Assembly: GCA_002269645.1 (NCBI GenBank) | Contig: NIVC01002127.1 | Span: 1-64,000 of the forward strand | DNA length: 64,000 nt | Direction of reading: 5' to 3' | Origin: Macrostomum lignano | Taxonomy: Eukaryota | Part shown: positions 26,888 through 41,117 of the stretch, in pieces | Numbering within the stretch: position 1 is the first letter of the stretch | Layout of the letters: every line of letters starts with the position of its first letter | Translations under genes and position numbers: made by a program | Notes under the pieces: model-generated | What the model was told of the DNA's origin: nothing | Databases searched by the model: none | Seen by the model: only the letters and a program-made list of their open reading frames with translations

Positions 26888-27725
26888 TCTCTCCCCGATC
26901 ACTTCCCTCTCACCCTCCATCTCCCTCTCACCCTCCATCTCCTTCCCACCCTCCATCTCCCTCTAACCCTCCATCTCCCTCCATCTCCCTTCCAACCTCC
27001 ATCTCCCTCCCACCTTCCATCTCCCTCCCACCCTCAATCTCCCTCCCACCCTCTATCTCCCTCACACCCTCCATCTCCCTCCCACCCTCTATCTCCCTCA
27101 CATCCTCCATCTCCCTCCCACCCTCCATCTCCCTCTCACCCTCCATCTCCCTCTCACCCTCAATCTCCCTCCCACCCTCCATCTACTTCCCACCCTCCAT
27201 CTCCCTCTAACCCTCCATCTCCCTCACACCCTCCATCTCCCTCCCACCCTCAATCTCCCTCCCACCCTCTATCTCCCTCACACCCTCCATCTCCCTCCCA
27301 CCCTCCATCTCCCTCTCACCCTCCATCTCCCTCTCACCCTCAATCTCCCTCCCACCCTCCATCTACTTCCCACCCTCCATCTCCCTCTAACCCTCCATCT
27401 CCCTCCATCTCCCTCCCAACCTCCATCTCCCTCCCACCTTCCATCTCCCACCCACCCTCTATCTCCCTCCCACCCTCTATCTCCCTCCTACCCTCCATCT
27501 CCCTCCCACCCTCCATCTCCGTCTCACCCTCCATCTCCTTTCCCACCCTCCATCTCCGTCTCACCCTCCATCTCCCTCCCACCCTCCATCTCCTTCTCAC
27601 CCTCCATCCCACACCCACCCTCTATCTCCCTCCCACCCTCCATCTCCCTTCCCACCCTCCATCTCCGTCTCACCCTCCATCTCCCTCTCACGCTCCATCT
27701 CCCTCTCATCCTCCATTTTCCTCTC
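26888..27725. repeat. Polypyrimidine minisatellite, 18-bp unit
   Basis: ccctccatctccctccca variants. Confidence 0.93.
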
Positions 27726-28349
27726 ACCCCTTAAATCCCCATCCTGGATTCTCACCGACCCCAACTCAGACTTCCCACAGTGTAACTAACTGATGTTCCC
27801 ACATCAGGCCAATGTCAGGCAGACAGTTCAACCAATGGGATCATGGGGAGCGGAGCTTTTTTAGATTAAGAAGCCTCCTCAGAAGCCTATAAGCCAGCAA
27901 GCTAAAGTGTGATTTCTACGCTCTGAAAAATAGAAACAGATATTTTTTGCAAATCTGCATAGCTTTTCAAACTAGCAAGAAAATATCCTCATTGCAGGTA
28001 AGCCTTACCAAACTAAACTGCTTAATTAATTAAAAATTAAAGTTGAACGAATAGCAGAAATTTTTATCAGGATAATACCAGTACTTAGTTATCTTTAAAA
28101 TTGAGCATTCAAAACAAGTCATCGACTGAGATGATAACGGCATTGTGGTTTCAGGGTCAATTGAAGGTGAAAATAGTAATGAAGCTTTTGAAATTGTCTG
28201 AATTCTTAGAGTTTTAAAAGGCGTGAGAGCCCTGCTTTTTGTAGTGGGTCTTTGCAGTTGGGTTCTTTTTCTGGAACTTCGATGGTTTTCTTTTAATTAA
28301 TTTAATCACCCCTTTCACCTTCATCTCTGTCTTCTTCTCTCCATCAGAT

Positions 28350-29285
28350 CCTCAGTTGCTGGGCCAGTCTCCCAGAGTGTCAGTTTCTGGGCCAGTCTCC
28401 CAGAGTGTCAGTTTCTGGGCCAGTCTCCCAGAGTGTCAGTTTCTGGGCCAGTCTCCCAGAGTGTCAGTTTCTGGGCAAGCCTCCCAGAGTGTCAGTTTCT
28501 GGGCCAGCCTCCCAGAGTGTCAGTTTCTGGGCAAGCCTCCCAGAGTGTCAGTTTCTGGGCCAGTCTCCCATGCAGAGTGTCAGTCTCCCAGATCCTCAGT
28601 TTCTGGGCCATGCAGTCTCCCAGATCCTCAGTTGCTGGGTCATGCAGTCTCCCAGATCCTCAGTTGCTGGGCCATGCAGTTTCTCAGATCCTCAGTTGCT
28701 GGGCCATGCAGTCTCCCAGATCCTCAGTTGCTGGGCCATGCAGTCTCCCAGATCATCAGTTGCTGGGCCATGCAGTCTCCCAGATCCTCAGTTGCTGGGC
28801 CATGCAGTTTCTCAGATCCTCAGTTGCTGGGCCATGCAGTCTCCCAGATCCTCAGTTGCTGGGCCATGCAGTTTCTCAGATCCTCAGTTGCTGGGTCATG
28901 CAGTCTCCCAGATCCTCAGTTGCTGGGCCATGCAGTCTCCCAGATCCTCAGTTGCTGGGCCATGCAGTTTCTCAGATCCTCAGTTGCTGGGCCATGCAGT
29001 CTCCCAGATCCTCAGTTGCTGGGCCATGCAGTCTCCCAGATCCTCAGTTGCTGGGCCATGCAGTCTCCCAGATCCTCAGTTGCTGGGCCAGCCTTCCACC
29101 AGATCCCCAGTTGCTGGGCCATGCAGTCTCCCAGATCCTCAGTTGCTGGGCCATGCAGTCTCCCAGATCCTCAGTTGCTAGGCCATGCAGTCTCCCAGAT
29201 CCTCAGTTGCTGGGCCATGCAGTTTCTCAGATCCCCAGTTGCTGGGCCATGCAGTCTCCCAGATCCTCAGTTGCTGGGCCAGTCT
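28350..29285. repeat. Composite minisatellite, 28- and 32-bp units
   Basis: gtgtcagtttctgggccagtctcccaga then gatcctcagttgctgggccatgcagtctccca; related to 56545-56978. Confidence 0.95.
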
Positions 29286-29318
29286 CCCGCATATTTAAGA
29301 GCATTCCGAAATTCGAGC

Positions 29319-29822
29319 GTCATACTCATACTCATACTCATACTCATACTCATACTCATACTCATACTCATACTCATACTCATACTTATACTCATACTCA
29401 TACTCATACTCATACTCATACTCATACTCATACTCATACTCATTCTCATACTCATACTCATACTCATACTCATACTCATACTCATACTCATACTCATACT
29501 CATACTAATACTCATACTCATACTCATACTCATACTCATACTCATACTCATACTCATTCTCATACTCATACTCATACTCATACTCATACTCATACTCATA
29601 CTCATACTCATACTCATTCTCATTCTCATACTCATACTCATACTCATACTCATACTCATACTCATACTAATACTCATACTCATACTCATACTTATTCTCA
29701 TACTCATACTCATACTCATACTCATACTCATACTAATACTCATACTCATACTCATACTCATTCTCATACTCATACTCATACTCATACTCATACTCATACT
29801 CATACTCATACTCATACTCATA
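29319..29822. repeat. (CATACT)n microsatellite, ~500 bp
   Basis: Direct reading. Confidence 0.98.
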
Positions 29823-30261
29823 CGCCACCGTCTTTAAAGGCTGTAATTATACGAGCATGTATGCGAAGTTATTAATAAAATATCGATTTTGGTGAAAAAA
29901 AATCGATAACACTAAGTGGGTGTTTCGCAGTATGTACAAGTACAGATCCTAAAAATTCTCCCAGCTCAATTGCCAGTGCACAAGGCGGGCGGGGGGATTA
30001 TACTATTACATAGCTGAGAAACTGTGAACAAAGCGATAAGCCCCGAGATCGGGGTGGTAAACCAAGCTTAGCATTTGTAATCTCGCTAGCAATCAGAAGA
30101 AGAAATAAAGAATGAGTCGTTCTGATCACAGAAAATTTTACACTTCCGTTTGGGACTCGGTTTGCGGATCAGTCCTCGGACTAGTATGCAAAATAACAGA
30201 AAGATCTTTTTGCTGGTGAGGCCCAACCGCGAAGCCAACTTCCGTTCGCAGAAATTCTCAA

Positions 30262-30570
30262 CCTGAATGTCTACTGCTGTTTATCTACCTGAATGTCTAC
30301 TGCTGTTTATCTACCTGAATGTCTACTGCTGTCTATCTACCTGAATGTCTACTACTGTTTATCTACCTGAATGTCTACTACTGTTTATCTACCTGAATGT
30401 CTACTACTGTTTATCTACCTGAATGTCTACTGCTGTAATTAGTAGTAGATAATCTACCTGATCTACCTGAATGTCTACTGCTGTTTATCTACCTGAATGT
30501 CTACTGCTGTTTATCTACCTGAATGTCTACTGCTTTTTGTCTATCTACCTGAATGTCTACTGCTGTTTAT
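30262..30570. repeat. Minisatellite, 26-bp unit
   Basis: acctgaatgtctactgctgtttatct. Confidence 0.93.
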
Positions 30571-31605
30571 TCATCTAAATACGCATTTTTGGTTATCTAC
30601 ACGACTGTCTACTTTTAAGTGATCTACACGTACTGGAATGTGGTCTATCCGAGTGCCTGCATTTTAATTTTATCCCGATTCAATTGATCAATCTACCCAA
30701 TTCCGTTACGAACTAATTCATGCTTGTCTATTTGCATTTCTCCTCATCGGTACAAATTCTTATAGCCATACTAAATCACCAAGTTTATCACCAATTCTCA
30801 AATATTTCGGAACTAAACTAAATAAAAAATAAGGTTAATTGGGTTCCTTTTGCCAGGTTTTCCTGCGCAAAACATTTTTTGTTTTCTTCGAGGCACTAAA
30901 AAATTCTAAAAATAAGGTAATGTCGTTAATGCGTTGAGCCTGAAACCAGGGAAGTCGTACTCGATCAGTGAGTCCACGGCGCTCAGGCAGCTGTCACAAC
31001 TGTTCACTGCAACTGGAGACCAATACTCAATCTATCGATTTTCATTATTATTTCTCTAACGCCCTATTTCTTATGCTCTATAGCTAATCTTTTATTTCGC
31101 TTTTCAAGAGAACTTGAACTTGAAGGCAGGCAGCTCGTCCGCTCGCGTGCGTTTTCTCCTATTTAACGCCCCCTCATATGCACACAACGAGAGCTGGGTT
31201 AATTTCCAAATCCATACAGCTCTATTTTCATTTAGCTATCTGGGCTCCCATGTCTTCACGCCGCGAATTTGCCTTCTCTCTCTCTCGCTCACCAGCAGAT
31301 AGCTACTCCTATTGGAGGGGAATGAATGGTTCGTACACAAAACGGTCTAGCGGAGGCTTGGAGCCACGCACACGTCCTGCAAGACAGCTCACGCCCGCGC
31401 GTCTCTCACTCTCTGCAGCCGCACCGTTCAGCGTTGGGTCGTATTTCAATTTGTTCAATCCAAAAAATACCCGATCAAGCCAACCCACCGTGTACCTCCC
31501 CTTTCTCCGCCCGTTTTTTTCTGTTCAGCCAAGTCCTTTGCTACCTACTACTCCGCCTCCGCCTCCTCCAGTAGATTATGGCCTGTGACTCTTGGGAATA
31601 CGTGG

Positions 31606-31640
<35 letters not shown>

Positions 31641-32699
31641 GAGGAAAGAATGGGGGTAAAGCATTTCAGTTTGATCGGCAAACACTGCGGCTGAAAAAAA
31701 TCCTTCTTGCTAGCGAATCTAGACAGAGAGAGACAGAGCGGCTATAGGAGCTGACCATTGTCCGTCCGTGTCGTTCTGAGTTCTGGGAGTCTACTCGCTC
31801 TCTCTTTCTCTTTCTCTCTCTCTTCAAGAGGAGAATAGTAGAGGACAGACACCCCACGCACGCAGCGAGAGTCTTCAGAGTTTCATAGCAGTGCTACACT
31901 TCGCGCCCACAGAAGAGTCCAGTTACTCAAATCGAAAGTTCCTCTGCAGCTTTCTAGCCCTCCGTCTCACTTTGTCCGCAAAAATATTTCTATTCCTCTG
32001 ACAGAAAGAGAGTGTGAAAGCCAATCTATACACCCATTCAGCTTTAGTCTGCTATTGCAGCTTTGAGAAGGCAGCTCAACAACTGTCAGTTGCCGTTATA
32101 AATTGAGTCTAACGGACAGCAGTAGATTTTTTTCTTAATCCTCTCCCCGCCTCACCTTCTCAACTCCAGTACGCTGTTCTCCGATTTTTCGCTAGATTTT
32201 TTCACTAGAAAAGTTGAGTTGTCTTCGATTACTGCTCACTGCCCCACCCAGCCGGCAACCCTCGCCTCAAGTTGTTGCCACAGGTTCAATAGCTGAGACT
32301 TGACAAATATTACTTGCTGACACATCTGTCGACAGACCAAAACTAAGCGCTTGGCTCTTCAATTTCTGTCTTTCCCTGTCTCGATGCGGTGGTAAGTGAG
32401 AATTCTGCATGCCATTTTTTGCCTTTTATGCGTCGAAATTTGAGCTTCTCAAATAAATAGTTTGCATCTTCAGTCTAAAGAATTTCTTCCAGTTTCTTCG
32501 TGACATCAGAAACATATTTTCTTAAAAGAGCTTATATGCCATTTTGACGACATCATTTACAGGTTATAATTTCTGGAATTTATTTTTTATCAATAATGAA
32601 TTGGAGTACGAATTATTTGCACCTGTAAAGCCACTAGACTTATTATTATCATGTGTATCCAATGCAACATCTACCATGACTCCAAATATTTATATACTT

Positions 32700-33392
32700 T
32701 TGCGTCCACATTCGCATCCACATCCGCATCCACATTCTCATCTGCATCTACATCCACATCCGCATCCACATTCTCATCTGCATCTACATTCACATCCGCA
32801 TCCACATTCTCATCTGCATCTACATCCACATCCGCATCCACATTCTCATCTGCATCTACATTCACATCCGCATCCACATTAGTATCTACACCTGCGACTA
32901 CATCCACATCCATATCCGCATCCACATTAATATCTACACCTGCGACCACATCCGCATCCACACCCGCGTCCACATCCACGTCCACATCCACATCCGCATT
33001 CACATCCGCATCCACATCCACATCCGCATCTACATCCACATCCGCATCTACATCCACATCCGCATCTGCATCTACATCCGCATCCACGTCCACATCCGCA
33101 TCCACATCCGCATCCACATCTGCATCCACATCCGCATTCGCATCCACATCCACATCCACATCCGCATCCACATCCACATCTACATGCACATCCACATCCG
33201 CATCCTCATCCACATCCGCATCCACATCCACATCCACATCCACATCCACATCGCATTCGCATCCGCATCCACATCCGCATCCACATCCACATCCACATCC
33301 ACATCGGATTCGCATCCGCATCCACATCCGCATCCACATCCACATCCACATCCACATCGCATTCGCATCCGCACCCACATCCGCATCCACAT
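32700..33392. repeat. Degenerate (CATCCR)n hexamer array just upstream of the SK start
   Basis: catccg/catcca/catcta units. Confidence 0.93.
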
Positions 33393-33450
33393 TCCACGCA
33401 ACCCCCAGGAGCCCACACATTAGCTGCAGCGGCTGCATTGTTGAGTTGGC

Positions 33451-36400
33451 ATGAGCGGCAAGGCGCAGGGCAGCAGTATAGTCGAGGACCCCGGCATACC
33501 TTTAGTCGGCAAAGGCGGCAGCATGAATGGCAGCAGCTACGGTTCGTCTGTCGGCGAGCAGCCTAAGACCTACAAATACGAGAATGTTGGCGCTCGTTTG
33601 GCCCGTCGGAAGGAGCTGTTCGTTAGGCGGAAGCTAATCGCCGATTTGAGCTTATTCTTTGCCATGCTTGGCATCGTGCTAATGATTGTTGAAACCGAGT
33701 TGTGCATGGCGAACGTGTTCAACAAAGGCCAGCCCGGATCTATCATCGTGAAGAGTCTAATTAGCATTACCACGGCCATTCTTCTTGGCTTTATCACCTG
33801 GTACCACTACTTGGACATCAAGGTATTCATGATTGATAACTCCATCGATGACTGGCGGCTAGCCATCACTATGTCGCGAGGTTTCCATCTCGCTCTTGAG
33901 CTGCTGGTGTGTGCCGTGCACCCGATACCAGGACAGCACGAAGTCCAGATGCTGGTGTACGATGACACCAAGAGAGTGCGACTGCTTCAGGTAAGTTATG
34001 TTGTTTAATAATATACAAGTCACTCCAGTGAGTGAAGTCAAGGAGTTATTTGCATGTTGAGTAGGAACTTTTAGGACTTTGATTCATAGTTTGCTTTCAT
34101 ATCCGCATCGGTATATGCATAATTCGAGCTACGGCTAGTATAAATACAAGCTCAAATCCGCTTTAGTAGGGACTTTACTGATTAACTGATAGTTACAGCC
34201 TTTTTACCGATTAATTAACAAAAAATCGTTTCCTGCTCTGCTCAGGTGATTCCTATCGACGTAATCTTCAGTCTGCCCATGTTTCTAAGATTCTATCTGG
34301 TCTGCCGAGTCATGATGCTGCACAGTCGCCTGTACCAGGACGCTTCATCGCAGAGTCTGGGCGCTTTGAATAGGATCCACTTTAACTTCCGGTTCATCTT
34401 CAAATCCTTGATGAATCTCTATCCAGAGTACGTTCTAACAGTAATGGCTCTGTTCCTGTTCATCTGGGCATCTTGGGCAGTTCGCGCCTGCGAGATGTAC
34501 CACGGCCAGGAGCACAGGAACTTTCTAAACAGCATGTGGATGACGGCCATCACATTTCTAACTGTTGGATACGGCGACATTGTACCGGCGTCTTACTGCG
34601 GTCGAGGCATTGCCGTGCTCACTGGTAAGTAAAAAATTAGGCCAAGGGATTCCGGCCTTTCGAGTTTAAATCTGTGGTAGAATCATCCAGTCCAAAGTCC
34701 GCGGCGTATGACCACGAAGCTGAACTATCGAATACTCCTAGTAGTTTCTAGGAAAAATTGGTGACTGTTTGAGTGGGGCAGAGTTGCCTAGCGGTAAATT
34801 CGCCTAACTTACGAACAACGAACCCCTGGTTTGAATTCTTACTAAGCCACATTCATTTGGGGCTTGTGCCAAAACCTCCAAGGCACAAAGTGTACATGCC
34901 TGAATATTAGAAAGTCAGGACCCCTGTGCACCCTGTGTGAGCGTGTGTATGAGTGCTCGACTGCGCGCTTGTACGAAATGTGCTCACGAGTCAGCGGAAT
35001 GGGTGGAATTCCCTCAGCGCTGGTTGCGGGACGATGTCGCCTAAGGCGTTTCGCCAGGTTGCAATTATTATTGCTACATTTATTAATTCCTGTTTGAGGC
35101 GCCCTTCTGCACGAATAACGCACTAATCGACAGCGTGAAGAGTTTTAGGAATTATCTAGGCACCGACATTAGCAAAAGACACTATGGTTGTTTTGTTTTC
35201 CAAAAATTATTAAGAGTCTCAAAAGTATCAACTTAACGCTCCGCCGCTCTAAGTGTCAAAAAAGCTTTTAATCAAAGCAAATCTAAGGCATGAATCGGAT
35301 AGCGCAATTTTGGCAGCCTACTTAGCTACTAAAGCATACCAAATTTGGTTGTCCAATACGCTCGATTCTATTTACAAAGTTCGATCGGCATGTATAGATA
35401 GCTTGATCGGATTAACATGAACCTGCAACAACATGAAAATGTTGCGTCGCGAATGTAGGACAGCTTGCTGGAATGAATAGTAAAATCTGCATGTAACACT
35501 GACAAGCATGCAGGAGTTGTTAGCTTACAAAGTGCTTGCTCAAATTGGATTAGGGGCGCAAATCTGGCATATGAAGAATAAAAAAGCTAACTTAGTAAGC
35601 TATGTATGAGTCAGACCTTCTTCCATACTGCCCACGCGTTGTAAAAAACAATTAAGCTTGAAACGCAATCGACGAATGATTCGGTATATTTGGTAATTCT
35701 TGATCGACAAAGTGACATGGGTATGAATGACAATTACTAACACTTTACCAACAGTTTATTATGATCACAATGTCCATAGTATCACTTAATGACACTTTTT
35801 GGTCTCCTCACAAAAGACTTTACCATTAAGCCTGTTCTATCAATTCGTTCACTAAGAGCCACATTACCGACCGCTGTAAGGTGACCCACCAACAAGGCGT
35901 AGGGTAAATAGATTTCTGACGATAGAAAGCCAATTGGTCTCAGTGTACCCTGAGAAAAGTGTCTCGTATGTACCCGCGGGCATCTGCGTGCTCAAGGATC
36001 AGGTAAATGAGTATGGCTGATTTCCTAGTCTCCAAAAACTACGAGCAACTAAGCTAAAGTACTTCTGTCTAAAACTGCACACAGGCCTCTTTGGCACCGG
36101 CGTCACGGCTCTGGTCGTTGCGGTGCTCGCCCGCAAACTCGAACTGTCTCGGGCAGAAAAATACGTGCACAACTTTGTCATCGATATTGAGCTGGACAAA
36201 CAGGTGAAACACGCGGCGGCAAACATCCTTAAAGAGGGCTGGCTGTCCTACAAGTACAAAAAGGCTGGCAACACAGGCAAAACGTTGAAACACCAACGAA
36301 GACTTTTACACTCGATTCACCGGATCCGAGACCTTCGAGGCGATCAGAAGCGTCTAGCTGACAGCTCGGTTAGCCTGACGGAGATGCATCGCAATCAGGC

Positions 36401-36512
36401 GTTTATGATGACCAGCTTGACCACCGTGCAGAGTCGCAGTCGAGAGATGGAGTCTCGTCTAGCCCGCATCGAGGACAAACTCGACAGACTGCTGCAACAG
36501 TCCAGGGCTTGA
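33451..36512 (+). CDS. SK: Small-conductance Ca2+-activated K+ channel (SK/KCNN family), 448 aa
   Basis: Exons 33451-33990, 34246-34624 and 36085-36512 join in frame. S4-S5 linker [11 protein letters not shown], pore [13 protein letters not shown], calmodulin-binding domain [27 protein letters not shown]-terminal coiled coil. Confidence 0.95.
34775..35095 (+). mobile_element. Probable tRNA-derived SINE (family B)
   Basis: Degenerate A/B boxes, then AGTGTACATGCCT..CACCCTGTGTGAGCGTGTG..GAGTCAGCGGAATG and an ATT-rich tail. Related segments at about 3460-3775 (+), 19075-19250 (-), 18830-18865 (-) and 385-410 (-). Confidence 0.55.
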
Positions 36513-39296
36513 TTGAGTTAACTGACTGGCTGAGTTTCTATTGATGGAATTCTATGCAAGGTTCGTGCTGTCCCCAAAATTTTGTTAGTTTGGCCAGATC
36601 CTGGGTCGATAGTAATATCTCTGGATTTTCCTATAACAGAATATATTAAGGCTTTAATGCCCCTAAGAGGAGTTTTCATATATAGATAGCCATACCTAGC
36701 AAATAGTAATTTTGAGAAATAGATTAATCTCGACTCGGCATTTGTAGTGGTTGCTTGACGCTTGGACGGAATTAATTTAATTTGAGGATGACGATCAATG
36801 CCCAATATTGATTAATAACCCAGTCTGAAAGCCTTGGGAAAATGCAGACTTGTTCAGCTTCGGTTCAGATGAAGTGCTTGCTACTCACTAAAGTATAGCT
36901 ATCTTTATTGAGACGGTTCACATTGTCGCTAGTAACTCCCTCTGCGGGTCAAGATTGCTCAAATCAATGTTCAATCGGTTCAGACCAAGTTAAAGTTTTA
37001 TTATAACAATCTTGAGCACGCAGTGTCACTAGCGGTAGCTAATGTAATTTTTAGTTAGCGGTTGCTGTTCTCGATGTGATTGTGGAATATGGTTTACATT
37101 TATCCGCTGTTTTGCTGTCTTAGTGATAAAACTTTGTTTTTTTGCGCACTCAACGTGTTTCAATGGTCAACAATAAACAGTCAATGGTCTTTGGGTACCC
37201 GTTTTAATTTTTGTTTGTCTCTGAGTACAAGAATTGTGCAAACTTCATACTGTTAATTTTCTGTGTTGTCTAACTTTTCTGAGATTTTTCTGTTCAATTC
37301 TGTGAAACTTTCTAAATGAATTTGCTTGACAATTTTTTTCTTAAACATGTCTACTATGCGGCAATCTTTCTGTTGCTTTCGCAGTCTGTTTTTTGGTATT
37401 TTGCTAATGTCTTTTCAAAATGTTTGCTAGCAATAGCCCGCGAAAAGGTCAGCAATTGTTCCTTGCACAGACGGGCAGACGTTGCACCACCCAAAACCGT
37501 GATTCAAGGCATAAAATTGAGTGTATAGATTCGTCTTAATATTTGTTTTGGCTTGTGTTCTGTTCAGTCGTGTTTTTGTCCAATATTATTATGTTGTTTT
37601 TGGATTAAAATTTGTTATAGAAGTTGTTGATGTCTTTTTTTCAAGCGTTGCCTTGTCGTTTCCGACGCTTATCGGCATGATTGGAAAAAAAGTACTTTTA
37701 CATCACAACGACGTTTGGCCGACGTAAAACGTTGTCATTCGTCGGAGTAATGTAAAAAGATCATGGCAAAGGAAATTTCCGGCTTCCTTGAATAAATGCC
37801 GATCAGATTAGTTTTTGCTGCTTCGAAGTCTGAGTTTTTTTGCAAATTTTGGTGCGTGATTTTGTCCCAATAAAATATTACAGTTATACTGCACTGTTAT
37901 AATTCTTATTATATTTGCGACCTTAATATTAATACTATATTTTACGTTTTTTTTCAGGCGGAAGTGTTTAGTAGCTAAAATATGTCAAAGCCGCTGCAAC
38001 TTAATTTATTGTTATTAGACAGGCTTACTCACCAAGCATTATTCGTTTATTTCTTATGGCACTACTCGCCAGACTTCTGCGCGCACCTACTACGACATGT
38101 TCGGGGTGATGATATTGTTTTTGTACGTGGTTATTGTGCGCTTAAACGCGTCATCTAGTGTTCATCTTTCCCTGCAGGCTATAAATGTGTATCGTCTCTT
38201 TCGAGATTAAAAAATTGCAATACCAGCAATATCTATATATTACCTCGCATATTTGGTTTCATGTCGATAAAGAGCGTAAATATAATGAACGTTAATTATT
38301 TTTTTCTGTCGGCTTGTGTCCGTTTACAAACAAAAAATGGCCTCTTGAAGTATAAATGTATGCTCACGTGTGTGTATCCTGTGCAGCATTCCGACGTCTG
38401 TCGCCGACAAATACAGTAGATGTCTTTTTACAGTACATCGTTTTATGATGATACATCTTCTAGAGACGTTGAAACGTCGGATTGATTTTAGACACAAGGC
38501 CATATGTCTCCAGAACTGCGACCCAGAAACTTCAAAACATCCAGTCCGGCCCGCTCAATGTCCTCTTCTCAGCTTCCTTCTCTCTTTCCACTCTTTTCTT
38601 CACTCTTCTCAATTCTCTCCTCCCCCCTATTCTCGCTTCTCTTCCTCTCCCATCTTTTCTCTCCTCTTTCTTCTCACTTTATTCCCTCTTATTTTTCTCT
38701 CATATCCATGGCCCGTAACCATGAGCTAGTAGGTTCTGGCCCATGAGGTAAATTTTTTTCCAAAATCTGCTCTAACGATGGTCATCCCAAAAGTTTCAGC
38801 TAACACTTATTTATTTTCAACAAACGAGTTGTCAGAACAACGAACTGCTCAAAGTCACTCAAAATAACTTTTATTGGTTTGAATCGTGCGTTCCCAGCTG
38901 CCAGGCAACTTCTAGATGCCGTCAGCAGCGCCGGATTTGCAATGCGGCGGATCACGCTGAACAGGCAGGTCTAGGCAGTAAAACCGACGCCCTCAAAGCT
39001 GGTTTTTGAGCTTTGGGAAGACGTCGAAATCACACTGAGAATATGAAGTCTTTGGAGAGTAAGGAGGATGACAGGATGAGCAGAACCTCCCTCTGGTAGT
39101 CCCGCAGTAGGTCCTGCACAGTGAGTGCGGTGTGCGAGCTAGCATTGCCGTGCAGAAGGAGTGGACCAATTGCCAGGGTCTGTGGCCACTTCTTGCGCAG
39201 GACAGGCCAAAGATGATGAATTATGAAGCTCCGATAGTTCTGTTGGTTGATGTTTTTGCCCTCAGGAACGCGGTGGATGAGAATAATTCCAAACTG

Positions 39297-39331
<35 letters not shown>

Positions 39332-40546
39332 TTCGCCGCAGAACCGATGGTCTCGATGACTGGGCAAAGCTTTTCGACTGCCACTCGGAGTTCTGGCTCT
39401 TGAGGTTGGGCTCGTACGAACAGATCTATGTCTCCTCCAGCGAGACGTATAATAATAATATCAATTAGTATTATGATTAAACTTTTGTGTAAAAATACTT
39501 TTAGAATTGAGACAAACCCACTACATCCATAGTTGCAGCCTACAGATTAAGGAATACAAAATCCCGGGTTTTGCCAATCCCGGGATTCTCACGATCGGGA
39601 TATCCCGGACTATGCCAATCCTGGGATCCCGACGAATTGAGCCTGGATCCAGGGATCGAAAAGGTTCCTTAAATTTTGTTGGTGCAATTTTGGTTCACGA
39701 AGCCAGCTAACCTGATTTTAAAGGGCTTTTAATGATAAAGATAGAACACACTAAAATATTTTGCTAACAAGAAACTGACAGTGAGCTCGGAATTGGAGTG
39801 TGATGTACTGGCTGGTGTAATATACGTGCTTTGTTACATGCCAGTATCAGCTCAGGAAAATCACACTTGATTGTGATCTAACCTGGGGGATGATAGCATA
39901 CAGAGCTATGGCCCCAGGTACTGATACCGTACCAGGGTAGAAGCAAGGACTACTAGAAGTGTTCCTAGTGGTCCTTGGGCAGAATGGGATCAGACCTCAC
40001 CCTCCCCAGGCACCCCCCCTAGATAGAGAATTGGTACATGTAGCTCTGGTTGTGGTCCGATAGCAAGGTCCCACTGTTCTAATCCCAACTACGGCCAAGG
40101 ATCGAGTTTTGAAGGAGGGACTGCTTAAATTAGTTATACATTATTACACCTTAAATACCCTTGCGACCTGCTAACAGCTTCTGTTTTGTGTCCCTGCAGC
40201 CCTATAGCCTTCTACTTACTAGTCTGCATGCTCAAAAGATTAAGAAATCAAAGTAGGATAACTGGGTTGTGATTTACTCGTATTTCTGCAGTATTTCAGC
40301 TGCAAATACTAGTACTCGAGAATGGATCTTTGAATTATTGCAAAGCGAGATCGGGTAGTGGTCCCTGGGTCAATCCCGGGATTTTCGAATCCCGGACAAT
40401 AGTTATCCCGGGATTCAGGCCTAATCAAAATTGGAATCTGTTCAAAACATGGAGGAAAGAATAGAATGGAGTGCTAATCTTAACTTTTAACATCCCTTTC
40501 CCCCTCGTTCCTTCCTATTGGCTCAAGGCATGTGAGTTTTGCTCAC

Positions 40547-40910
40547 CTGATGATGATGCTGGTTGGAGCTGAGCCGTCAAGTGCTGCTGAGTGTGAAGCT
40601 GTTGCTGAAGATCCTGACGATGGCCTTCCAGGACTTGCAGTTCGGGCAGCTCCACCTCCTGTCGCAGCGCCGCCAGCCGGTCGCTCCCCGCCCCGGAGGC
40701 GCCTCGCCCGGGCTGCCGATGCCGTCCTCGGCGTCCGGAGAAGAAGTCATCTCGGAGTTGTTTAAGTCTTCGTCAGCTTGCTCTAAACCGAGTGCAGTAG
40801 ACAAGCGCTCGGCGAGCTGTTGTTTGCGGCCCGTAGTAGGCAGGCCTCTGTTTCGCAGCTCAGCCTTGAGTTGGTGCACGTTTAGTCGCTTTGGGCTGGC
40901 ACTCATGGCG
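40547..40910 (-). pseudogene. SAP-domain exon fragment (cargo)
   Basis: MSASPKRLNVHQLKAELRNRGLPTTGRKQQLAERLSTAL fits the SAP motif. An acidic linker follows; a shifted frame then gives a coiled-coil-like stretch ending at a G|gtgagc donor (40546) next to the left TIR. Confidence 0.65.
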
Positions 40911-41117
40911 GTGGCTGAGCAAAAAATTGAGAAATGGCGACGGAGACAAGCCGGGCCGGGTGCAGAGGCTTTAGCTGGCTGGCGCGGCCAACACCCCCAG
41001 ACCTCAACCCCCGCCAAAGTACAGCGATATGTACAGCGGCACCCCCCGGCGTGTCTAACACACCTTACTCAGAGAGTAACGATTGCATTACCTAAAGCTA
41101 AACAGCATCTGAGTGAA

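Noticed and set aside
28356-29875. Longest ORFs of the track (480-493 aa)
   Set aside because: They lie wholly in the 28/32-bp minisatellite and (CATACT)n, are open in several frames, and have no domain.
32651-33454. 267-aa Ser/Thr-rich ORF ending at the SK start as an N-terminal extension
   Set aside because: It is in a different frame from SK, ends at the overlapping TGA, and derives from the hexamer array.
36518-36805. 95-aa minus-strand ORF after the SK stop
   Set aside because: No motif or splice support; likely antisense to the SK 3' UTR.
39290-39460. Possible LINE 3' end with a (GAT)n tail on the minus strand
   Set aside because: No reverse-transcriptase motif could be recognised with confidence.
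39540-40422. ATCCCGGGAT-rich clusters at both ends as a hAT MITE
   Set aside because: Suggestive subterminal repeats, but no matching TIR pair or TSD could be placed.
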